A stretch of 64,000 nucleotides of DNA from Enterobacteria phage GEC-3S. Where the stretch lies: sequence record HE978309. One strand, written 5' to 3'. The notes beneath the pieces were generated by a model. That model was given only the letters and a program-made list of their open reading frames with translations, searched no databases and was not told the DNA's origin. Within the stretch, counting starts at the first letter, position 1. Every line of letters begins with the position of its first letter. Made by a program: the position numbers and the translations under genes. This document shows, piece after piece, positions 25,571 to 32,971 of the stretch.

Positions 25571-25604
25571 TTTTGATTCTCCTATATCTCGTTGGTATGT
25601 GTGT

Positions 25605-25634
25605 AGTATAGGGGATCGGTGATCCCCTGTCAAC
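25605..25634 (-). promoter_or_regulatory. Sigma70-like early promoter with palindromic spacer
   Basis: TTGACA - GGGGATCACCGATCCCC - TATACT on minus strand. Confidence 0.6.
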
Positions 25635-25641
25635 AACTTTT

Positions 25642-25950
25642 TTATTCTTCATCTTCATTTTTATCTTTATATGCGTACTTCATAAATTTGTCTGCTACTT
25701 TGTCCGCGTTTTCAGGTTCTACGTCTGACGCTAGGACAACAGCTAGTTCGGTTTTGTCGTTTCCGTCATACCAATGATTATGAGTGTCGTTTTCTTCGAT
25801 ATAAAACGAATCATTTGGAGTTGTTCGACAATATACGTCTAAATTCCCATCGATATAAAAGATCCAATCCGAATACAAAATGATTGCTTTAGCCAGATTT
25901 TTATTGTCTCTTACAAAAGGTTCCGCGACAAATAGCTTAGTTTGTTCCAT
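25642..25950 (-). CDS. HxHW-motif family protein (paralog 5)
   Basis: NDTHNHWYDG...ELAVVLASDVEPENADKVA; ATG at 25950 with GAGGAA RBS. Confidence 0.55.
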   Translation of the reverse strand: MEQTKLFVAEPFVRDNKNLAKAIILYSDWIFYIDGNLDVYCRTTPNDSFYIEENDTHNHWYDGNDKTELAVVLASDVEPENADKVADKFMKYAYKDKNEDEE

Positions 25951-25966
25951 AATATTTTCCTCAAAA

Positions 25967-26158
25967 TTATACAGCTTCGTAAACTTCCCAATGTTCAGCG
26001 CCAACACGCTTAACGAAAAGGTTTTCTTTGATGTTATTCATAAACGTCTGGATAGATTTAATGCGGTTGGAAGGTTTCCAGTCTTCGTTGGCATTGCGGC
26101 GATACATAATAACATTACCAGTTCGCTTATATTCAGCAACCATTTTAAGATCACACAT
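25967..26158 (-). CDS. Hypothetical small protein (63 aa)
   Basis: ORF with GAGGA RBS. Confidence 0.45.
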   Translation of the reverse strand: MCDLKMVAEYKRTGNVIMYRRNANEDWKPSNRIKSIQTFMNNIKENLFVKRVGAEHWEVYEAV

Positions 26159-26215
26159 AATATTATCCTCAATTTGTGGGAGAGTATTACCCCTCCCAAT
26201 GATTGTTATGTTATA

Positions 26216-26536
26216 TCACACAAAATGGCGTGTCAATGCTTCTTTTGCGGTTCCGCTAAGACTTTCGATCTCGCCTGGCATAACATCAACCGCCAGAACT
26301 TCGACAACATCCTCGGACCCTAACCAGTGAGTATGGCCTTTGTAGAACTTGATAACCAGACTACCTTCCTCATCCCATTTAACGCTATCGCTAGCCCACC
26401 ACACATCACCGTCGATAAAGTTGATGTAAAGCACACTACGCCACATTGAATTAATTACTTTCAATACTGCGCCTTTCATCTCTTCCACGGTATGGTCTTC
26501 CATTTTGAAGACCTCACCTACCTGAACTTTTGCCAT
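26216..26536 (-). CDS. HxHW-motif family protein (paralog 6)
   Basis: YKGHTHWLGSEDVVEVLAVDVMP; GAGAGGTGA RBS. Confidence 0.55.
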   Translation of the reverse strand: MAKVQVGEVFKMEDHTVEEMKGAVLKVINSMWRSVLYINFIDGDVWWASDSVKWDEEGSLVIKFYKGHTHWLGSEDVVEVLAVDVMPGEIESLSGTAKEALTRHFV

Positions 26537-26553
26537 TTAGTCACCTCTCTTTA

Positions 26554-26733
26554 TTACATAACAATCACGCCAGCCGTTGAAAGTTGATGTTTCAACTGAG
26601 CATTTTCTGCTACCGTCAAATCAATGATTTCTTGTGACGCTGCAATCATATATCCATTGGTGATATTGTTTTGCATCAGTTCAATGGTTTCTTCGTTGTA
26701 GCGGATTTTAGCGATGATTTCGTTGAAGTTCAT
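26554..26733 (-). CDS. Hypothetical early protein (59 aa)
   Basis: MNFNEIIAKIRYNEETIELMQNNITNGYMIAASQEIIDLTVAENAQLKHQ...; GGAGAATCAATC RBS; below ORF-track cutoff. Confidence 0.45.
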   Translation of the reverse strand: MNFNEIIAKIRYNEETIELMQNNITNGYMIAASQEIIDLTVAENAQLKHQLSTAGVIVM

Positions 26734-26767
26734 GATTGATTCTCCTAGTTCGTTTCGGTATGTGTGT

Positions 26768-26798
26768 ATTATAGGGGATCTCCCGATCCCCTGTCAAC
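26768..26798 (-). promoter_or_regulatory. Sigma70-like early promoter with palindromic spacer
   Basis: TTGACA - GGGGATCGGGAGATCCCC - TATAAT on minus strand. Confidence 0.6.
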
Positions 26799-26805
26799 AA
26801 CTTTT

Positions 26806-27117
26806 TTAAAGTTTTTCCATGATAACGGTCATAATTACATCTTCTGCGCGAGCGGTCAGATTATCAGCGTCAGCATGTGGGCGGTTGGTTGTTACAGAGA
26901 TAGCACCGTTGCGCACTGGTTTGATATTGATATCAAGATGATCCGCGAAACGTTCGCCAGTTACAGAATGAATTTTGGTGTTAAATTCTTTTGCCAGTGC
27001 CTTGCGAACTTCACGAATCAGGGTAGCGTTTTTCAGTTGGTTCTCCGCGCTCATGGTCTTCTGGGTGTTCATGGTTCCGTCGAAGTCAATCATTGGCAGC
27101 GTTACGATGTATTTCAT
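26806..27117 (-). CDS. Hypothetical early protein (103 aa)
   Basis: ORF with own promoter and GGAGAATCAAA RBS. Confidence 0.55.
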   Translation of the reverse strand: MKYIVTLPMIDFDGTMNTQKTMSAENQLKNATLIREVRKALAKEFNTKIHSVTGERFADHLDINIKPVRNGAISVTTNRPHADADNLTARAEDVIMTVIMEKL

Positions 27118-27162
27118 TTTTGATTCTCCGTTTAAGAAAGTGTGTTTCGTTTTGATGTGTGT

Positions 27163-27193
27163 ATTATAAGGGGATCACCGATCCCCTGTCAAC
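27163..27193 (-). promoter_or_regulatory. Sigma70-like early promoter with palindromic spacer
   Basis: TTGACA - GGGGATCGGTGATCCCC - TATAAT on minus strand. Confidence 0.6.
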
Positions 27194-27204
27194 AACTTTT
27201 TGAA

Positions 27205-27681
27205 TTATTTTTCTTGATGCTCGCGCTCGTACTTTTCGAAATAAAATTCTACTGGCTGATCGTGGATTGAAAGCAAGCCAAAGCGTTTAGCCGCTCGCAA
27301 TCCCATATTGCGCTGAATGTACTTCTGGAAGTTCTCGCGTATACACTTACGCCAGTATTCTAAGCCCATACAGCTTTTATAAAGATTGCATTGCACACAC
27401 GCCGGATTCATGTTATCAAGTATATCATGTTCCGGTTTATGCATTCCTACAACCTTATACTTCCACGATCCATCATCATTACGGGCAATTCGTCCATTTT
27501 CATCATAGACTACCTTTGAGCGTCGCAATACTGGTTTGATATGGTCTGCGTGCCAGCGATCCCCTAGTTCCTCGCCACAATAGGCACAACGCCCACCGTA
27601 TTTCATTTTCAGGATCTGGCGTTGCTCTTTCTTTGACAATTTTTTAGGTTTAGGGGCTTTCGCCCCTTCATTATCACACAT
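27205..27681 (-). CDS. HNH homing-endonuclease-like protein
   Basis: CAYCG ... WHADHIKP ... CVQCN (HNH-type Cys/His motifs); overlaps 3' end of ligase gene by 8 nt. Confidence 0.7.
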   Translation of the reverse strand: MCDNEGAKAPKPKKLSKKEQRQILKMKYGGRCAYCGEELGDRWHADHIKPVLRRSKVVYDENGRIARNDDGSWKYKVVGMHKPEHDILDNMNPACVQCNLYKSCMGLEYWRKCIRENFQKYIQRNMGLRAAKRFGLLSIHDQPVEFYFEKYEREHQEK

Positions 27682-29170
27682 CGAATACCTCTTTTACTGT
27701 ATTTGCCGTGGTCTTGTCGTAGCGAATACGTTTGATGATCGGGAGAAATAAAGAGAACTCCGGTTCATCTTCTTTACGTGATTTGCTGCGAATGTACCCG
27801 TTGCATGTCATCTCAATGACTTTTCCGACCAGGTTATGCCGTTCAGCCCATAACATTTCTCGGTCAAGTTCATTTCGACGATCGAACGGAATTACACGTT
27901 CAGTACCATCATCACCTTTTTCGGTTGTAGTGTCGGTTAATCCCGATCCGGTGTTAGTCATCATTCGTCCGCACGCACTACGGACAGTAAAACCGCCTAC
28001 CTTATTGGGGTCTTTACTATGCGGATATACATCAACAATTTCCGCGTCGAAGTCAATAACTTCTTTAAATTTAACCTGATCTTTACTGCGACGATCTTCA
28101 AATACACCATGTAAATTTTTAAGGATAATACCTTCTAAGCCCATGTTTACATAGCGATGATATACTTCGCGAGCTTCATCGATATTGTTAACTACGGTAT
28201 TTTCGATTATCTGAACACGAGGATCGTTAAGTTCTTCAACAATCTGTTTTAGTTCTTCGAATCGATCTTTATATTGCTTCGTTGCTTTCTCGTTTCCGTA
28301 ATACACATCACGGTCGATAACATCCCAGACAGTGTAAACAATACATTGGGCTTCTTCTTTTGGAATAGTTCCTTTCAGTGATTTGTTGAGGATACCATTT
28401 CCGGTCTGACGATCTGCAACAACGGATTCTTTCACCGCTTCCGCTACTGGCGTTAATGGCATTTCCTCTTCTTCAAATATCCATGACAGAGTACCATCAT
28501 AAACGCTCTCAACGAAGTTCTGCGCTGGTGTTTGCGAAAGGGTAGGCATATATACCAATTCGCCATCTAGAACAATTCCACGGCCTCGTAGACGCTCTAA
28601 AACCGCAAACAAATCATCAAGCCCTTGATAGGTATTACCTGAGCGGGTATAGATTGCTAATGTTTCCCCGTCAATATCAGCCATACCACGAGCGCCATCG
28701 CTTTTAAGTTGTGCATACGCCGGATACTTGATATTAGAAATAGTCTTATCAGAACATGACGATGCAAGGTGGCACGGTTGCTGAGGGATCAGTTTCTTCC
28801 ATACCTTGTTTGCAGTGGTAGCGGAACAACCGCATTCCAGGTCACGATTCAGGACCATCATTGCAACTTTAGCATCATCCTCTGACAAGCAAGTCAGAGT
28901 ATCGGTAACTAGCTGTAATGCTGCGTTGCCAGTTACTTGACGCGTGGCAAGTTTATTTTTAAAGACCTGTAATGCACCGGATAAAGACAATACAGACGAA
29001 TAGCGAGATGGTTTATCGTATTTCTTTACGCCAAACGTAACCTGTTTGCAATATGCCAGATAAAAGCATTCTTTCAGCGTTTCATTGCTCGCGGATTCTT
29101 TCAGAATCTTTTCTTTCAGCGATGTTTTGTCTGTTGCTGCAAGCTGATTAATGATATTAAGAATTGACAT
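27674..29170 (-). CDS. 30: ATP-dependent DNA ligase gp30
   Basis: Aligns with T4 DNA ligase (AQLKSDGAR KxDG site; TRQVTGNAA; NRDLECG; ANKSLKGTI.KEEAQC; EGIILKN); ATG at 29170 with GAGGTG RBS. Confidence 0.93.
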   Translation of the reverse strand: MSILNIINQLAATDKTSLKEKILKESASNETLKECFYLAYCKQVTFGVKKYDKPSRYSSVLSLSGALQVFKNKLATRQVTGNAALQLVTDTLTCLSEDDAKVAMMVLNRDLECGCSATTANKVWKKLIPQQPCHLASSCSDKTISNIKYPAYAQLKSDGARGMADIDGETLAIYTRSGNTYQGLDDLFAVLERLRGRGIVLDGELVYMPTLSQTPAQNFVESVYDGTLSWIFEEEEMPLTPVAEAVKESVVADRQTGNGILNKSLKGTIPKEEAQCIVYTVWDVIDRDVYYGNEKATKQYKDRFEELKQIVEELNDPRVQIIENTVVNNIDEAREVYHRYVNMGLEGIILKNLHGVFEDRRSKDQVKFKEVIDFDAEIVDVYPHSKDPNKVGGFTVRSACGRMMTNTGSGLTDTTTEKGDDGTERVIPFDRRNELDREMLWAERHNLVGKVIEMTCNGYIRSKSRKEDEPEFSLFLPIIKRIRYDKTTANTVKEVFDV

Positions 29171-29636
29171 TTTCACCTCGTTTTGTTAAACGTTCACGAA
29201 TATCATTGAGGATACTACAAAATTCCGATTCAGTCAATATAGTCTTTAACGGATCTGTTCCACCTATACTATGACGCAATTTCTTATTTCCGGTAGCGAG
29301 TAATGCTTTACAAAATTCTGGGTTATTCCGTGCCATCGTAACAAATGCCAGATGTACCAGTCTGTAATAATGCTCACTCATTCGATGAATCGGGCGACCC
29401 TGAAAATATAGCATGTGATTCTCTATCTTTTCAGTCCTTCCGGTTCTTTTTGCTTTGCCACCGTGCATCAAAAAGATTTCTCTTTGTCTCTGGGGGTTCT
29501 TGAATCTTAATCCCTGTAAAAATCCTTCTGTGCTGTTAATATCGCAACCAAATAGACGGAATGGTCTTTTATTGAAATTACTCAATTCACCCGATGGATA
29601 AGGTCCACCCGCATAGATATCAATTTCATAAGTCAT
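29157..29636 (-). CDS. NADAR (YbiA-like) domain protein
   Basis: SNFNKRPF, STEGFLQGLRF, KALLATGNKKL...GG resemble NADAR family motifs; function inferred. Confidence 0.5.
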   Translation of the reverse strand: MTYEIDIYAGGPYPSGELSNFNKRPFRLFGCDINSTEGFLQGLRFKNPQRQREIFLMHGGKAKRTGRTEKIENHMLYFQGRPIHRMSEHYYRLVHLAFVTMARNNPEFCKALLATGNKKLRHSIGGTDPLKTILTESEFCSILNDIRERLTKRGENVNS

Positions 29637-29790
29637 TGAAACTAATCTCGCTAATCAGAGAGAACGGATCATAATCGTCATTAGGAATATCGATAGTAAT
29701 CGAATGAGGATTTACCCATACACCAAACTGGTCTTCTTCGGTGAATACTTCGGTATGGATTTCGTGGATGTTTACATTCATAGTTTTCAT
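29626..29790 (-). CDS. Hypothetical small protein (54 aa)
   Basis: ATG with AAGGAA RBS; stop overlaps NADAR start; below ORF-track cutoff. Confidence 0.4.
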   Translation of the reverse strand: MKTMNVNIHEIHTEVFTEEDQFGVWVNPHSITIDIPNDDYDPFSLISEISFNDL

Positions 29791-29839
29791 AATAAAATTC
29801 CTTAATAATCAATAACTTACAAAATCATATAGCCAAAAT

Positions 29840-29866
29840 ATAGGCGGGATTATTTCCCGCCGTTTA
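29840..29866 (-). terminator. Hairpin terminator after gene 31
   Basis: GGCGGGA-TTATTT-CCCGCC followed on minus strand by U-rich tract. Confidence 0.5.
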
Positions 29867-29873
29867 AAAATCA

Positions 29874-30197
29874 TTAACCGTAAACTACCACAATATTCTG
29901 TTTGTGCGTTACAGTCCATTTCAGGTCGATCTCTTCTTCCTTCTTAACGCCGTTAATAACGTCTGGATGAGGAACTTTATTCATCTTTCCGTGTGGCAGT
30001 AGAACAGTTTTACCCAGCAATTCTTTATCTACAGTTTCACCAATATCAATAATCTTACCTACCAGCGGAATCTCGCCCATAGTGCGCTTTTGCTCAATAA
30101 TGATCCCCATAGAGCTTTTTACTTCGGTCCCTGCGCTTTCTGCTTTAGCTTCGATAATTACATAATCACCAAGTGCTTTAGGAGTTTTAACGGTCAT
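29874..30197 (-). CDS. 31: Co-chaperonin gp31 (GroES-like)
   Basis: 107 aa; GEYVI/GDYVII, SGLIIG-like, VPHP motifs shared with T4 gp31; T4 position. Confidence 0.7.
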   Translation of the reverse strand: MTVKTPKALGDYVIIEAKAESAGTEVKSSMGIIIEQKRTMGEIPLVGKIIDIGETVDKELLGKTVLLPHGKMNKVPHPDVINGVKKEEEIDLKWTVTHKQNIVVVYG

Positions 30198-30238
30198 AAT
30201 TTTATTACCTCTTCAAATCAATACAGTTTAATGATGAA

Positions 30239-30553
30239 TTATTTATAAATTTCGACGATCTGTGCTGGAGTCAGCCCGTCTACATTAATCAGACTATCAA
30301 GCCCAAAACTACGGAAACCTTCAACTGCAATTTCATATACGGGCAAAGATGTTTCTGATTCTTTACGCGGTTTTTCTACATTAGGAACTAACCACTTTTC
30401 GTATGTTTCAAACGGCATCAGTGCCGGATCTCGCGTGGCGATCATCTCGCGGACAGTACCATCTTTCTTAGTAAACTGCAAAGAGTGAGTACCGACCGAA
30501 AACATTTTCTTTAGTGCTTCACGAATTGCGATATTATCAATTTGTTCAGTCAT
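30239..30553 (-). CDS. Hypothetical protein (104 aa)
   Basis: ORF; ATG at 30553 (ORF-track start at 30559 is TTG). Confidence 0.5.
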   Translation of the reverse strand: MTEQIDNIAIREALKKMFSVGTHSLQFTKKDGTVREMIATRDPALMPFETYEKWLVPNVEKPRKESETSLPVYEIAVEGFRSFGLDSLINVDGLTPAQIVEIYK

Positions 30554-31052
30554 TATCAATACCCTTCAAATCAGTCAATAATGCTTTTGGAATACGCGTA
30601 ACCGTAATGTCGGCTTTATCCAAAATATCAGCCCAATCACGCCCACCATTTCGATCATATGTGTCGCAATAATATAGATGTTTAATTCCACTGTTTGCAA
30701 TTGCTTTAGCGCAATCTGGACATGGTGAAGCAGTACACCACATACTAGCGCCTTCAATCGATACACCGCTACGGGCAGCAAACAAAATAGCATTTAATTC
30801 AGCGTGGATCTCGTTTTTCTGTGACCATGCACTATGCTCTGACCGTTTTTCAGGGATCATTTTACCTTCATCATCCAGCCAACCGCTTTTATGTGCATGA
30901 CAGCTACAATTTACTTGCCCTGCTGGAGTTCCATTAAATCCAGTAGAAATGATTCGCCCGTCTTTTTCAATTAGTGCGCCTACCTTCCACGAAACGCATT
31001 TAGAGTTCTTTGCGATTAGATAGGCGATCTGCATGTAAGTTTGTGACAACAT
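30546..31052 (-). CDS. cd: dCMP deaminase
   Basis: Zinc-binding motifs HAELNAI and PCPDC; GTGAGG RBS; T4 position. Confidence 0.9.
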   Translation of the reverse strand: MLSQTYMQIAYLIAKNSKCVSWKVGALIEKDGRIISTGFNGTPAGQVNCSCHAHKSGWLDDEGKMIPEKRSEHSAWSQKNEIHAELNAILFAARSGVSIEGASMWCTASPCPDCAKAIANSGIKHLYYCDTYDRNGGRDWADILDKADITVTRIPKALLTDLKGIDND

Positions 31053-31073
31053 AATATAATCCTCACATATTAA

Positions 31074-31277
31074 TTAACCGTATACGCGAAAGTATTCTAC
31101 TGATCCGTCGCTATACTGTTTTACATTGAATGTATTCACACCATGATTATTGCTCATAATGACATATACACTACGACGCTCATCGCTAAACGGGTTAACT
31201 GGTGCGGGTTCAATTTCAACATTAAAACCACGTTTAGCAAGTGCTTCGCCTAATTGCTTGAGTTTATCGGTAAACAT
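31074..31277 (-). CDS. Hypothetical small protein (67 aa)
   Basis: ORF with GGAGAC RBS; TAATG coupling to pseT. Confidence 0.5.
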   Translation of the reverse strand: MFTDKLKQLGEALAKRGFNVEIEPAPVNPFSDERRSVYVIMSNNHGVNTFNVKQYSDGSVEYFRVYG

Positions 31278-32155
31278 TAAAAGTCTCCGTAGTTAACCTG
31301 AAAACATTCTACACCAATTGCGCGGTACATGTCAACCACTTGATCACGGTCATCTACTGCCAACACAACATGATAACGCGGTGCAATTTCAGAGAAGAAA
31401 ATCTCTTTCTTCACTTCATGGTCAGGACGACGATCATTAGTTTCACGTTGAAAGTGATCACTAGGTTCAATACCCTGTTCACGCAGCCATTGCAGAGTAT
31501 CTTCTTCGCAAACATCCTCACGCCCTGAGCATGTAATGATACGATAACCATTATCACGATACAGTTTAAGCATTTCGATCACTTGCGGACGCGGTTTATC
31601 TTCTTTGACCTTTGTCCAGTCAAACGGATGACGACCGCCCTTATCCGCTAATGTCCCATCAATATCAAAGATCACTGCTTTCGGCAGCATGGTATTCGGT
31701 TTGTATACTTCTTGACCCATATATTCCTGCATCAGATAAAATTGGTTGCGCAAATGAGAAAGTGGAATTGCTTTCTCTCCGCGATAGAAATTACGTTTCT
31801 TTAGTGTCTCAAATGATTCATTGAACACTTGTTCAGTATACACCGCGTTAAATTCTTTTGCAAGTTTTTTGTAGAATACACGATGTTTTTCTTTCAGGTT
31901 AGTATCAGAGATAATGATACTTAATCCGCGTGATAGAGTCTCACGAGCAATCATTCTCTGAATAGACTCTACCAGCTTTTCTTTTTCCTTAGTATACTTG
32001 TATTTCAAATGTGAGTCAACACCAAACAACATAAGACGAAGGTCATCACGATTCACATTACGATAATTACTAAACCGTTTACATGTCTCCATAGCCCATG
32101 TAGTTTTACCGGACCCAGAACAACCAACGGTTAAAATCACTTCACATTTCGGCAT
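31277..32155 (-). CDS. pseT: Polynucleotide 5'-kinase / 3'-phosphatase
   Basis: P-loop GCSGSGKTT and HAD motif DIDGTL in same order as T4 Pnk; ATG at 32155 with AAGGAG. Confidence 0.9.
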   Translation of the reverse strand: MPKCEVILTVGCSGSGKTTWAMETCKRFSNYRNVNRDDLRLMLFGVDSHLKYKYTKEKEKLVESIQRMIARETLSRGLSIIISDTNLKEKHRVFYKKLAKEFNAVYTEQVFNESFETLKKRNFYRGEKAIPLSHLRNQFYLMQEYMGQEVYKPNTMLPKAVIFDIDGTLADKGGRHPFDWTKVKEDKPRPQVIEMLKLYRDNGYRIITCSGREDVCEEDTLQWLREQGIEPSDHFQRETNDRRPDHEVKKEIFFSEIAPRYHVVLAVDDRDQVVDMYRAIGVECFQVNYGDF

Positions 32156-32607
32156 TATTTCTCCTTCGGTTTGCACCGTTCCTCATTAAGTTCTTTGCGA
32201 TAATAACACATGATCAACTTACTTTCAAGTGTATATCTCTTAATATCCGCAAGCCAGACTCTGAATTTTTGGGAGTCCTCCCACGACATAGAAACTCTAG
32301 GTTTACCGTCTATTGTATCCACTTTCAGGTCAATGTCAACTTTTTCTATTGGTGCTGGTAGTGGAGGATGTAATTTCGGTTCTTGTGAATAATGGTCCAT
32401 TGTACACGAAGAAAGCACAAATACAATAGGCACAGCGAAGACATGGATTATGGAGGTCTGAAAATTCTTGTGTACTTTCTTAAACATCCAGTGTATCACG
32501 AAAATTGAAAACACCATCAGAATAATAATGCTTGCACCTATCCACAAATAATCAACCAGATTAAAATTGCTTATCTGCTCTTGCGTAGGCAATATTTCTA
32601 TGCTCAT
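32155..32607 (-). CDS. o-spanin candidate (lipobox, Pro-rich); N-terminal extent uncertain
   Basis: Lipoprotein signal MFKKVHKNFQTSIIHVFAVPIVFVLSSC then PPLPAP; full ORF has AAGGAGG RBS and ATGA coupling at 32607; possible internal start at 32487. Confidence 0.5.
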   Translation of the reverse strand: MSIEILPTQEQISNFNLVDYLWIGASIIILMVFSIFVIHWMFKKVHKNFQTSIIHVFAVPIVFVLSSCTMDHYSQEPKLHPPLPAPIEKVDIDLKVDTIDGKPRVSMSWEDSQKFRVWLADIKRYTLESKLIMCYYRKELNEERCKPKEK

Positions 32608-32927
32608 TTAGTAGCCTCCTTTAATTCTTCGGTAAACTCCTTAAATGAGTCATTAAGCTGTTTCTCTACCAACTTGGGTTTTTGTGCTACTACATAGCCT
32701 CGTGTAGCGTCTTTCATTGCTTTGTTTTGTTCTTCTGCAAACTTAGTTCTTATTCCGTACATCTCCTTTTGCAGCGAGTCTACAATCTTCATCTTTTCAT
32801 CTGTCTTTTTCTTATACTCTGTAAATTCCTGATTCAGTCGATCTACCTCCTTTTTATTTTCCCACCACATATTTCCACCTACCCCCAGCAACACAGAGAT
32901 GATAACAATGTATATCAGCTTTGACAT
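32604..32927 (-). CDS. i-spanin candidate (N-terminal TM plus coiled coil)
   Basis: MSKLIYIVIISVLLGVGG TM segment followed by charged coiled-coil region; next to lipoprotein ORF and pseT as T4 pseT.3/pseT.2. Confidence 0.55.
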   Translation of the reverse strand: MSKLIYIVIISVLLGVGGNMWWENKKEVDRLNQEFTEYKKKTDEKMKIVDSLQKEMYGIRTKFAEEQNKAMKDATRGYVVAQKPKLVEKQLNDSFKEFTEELKEATK

Positions 32928-32940
32928 ATTACCCCCAACG

Positions 32941-32970
32941 ACAAAAGGCGGGGAACTAGCCCCGCTTATT
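32941..32970 (-). terminator. Hairpin terminator after rnlA
   Basis: GGCGGGG-AACTAG-CCCCGC; U-run on minus transcript. Confidence 0.55.
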
Positions 32971-32971
32971 A

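Noticed and set aside
19680-27200. Possible CRISPR array suggested by the regularly recurring promoter elements
   Set aside because: Repeat units are 150-350 bp apart with variable spacing, contain -35/-10 promoter elements and RBSs, and are separated by protein-coding ORFs; no cas genes. They are promoter cassettes, not CRISPR repeats.
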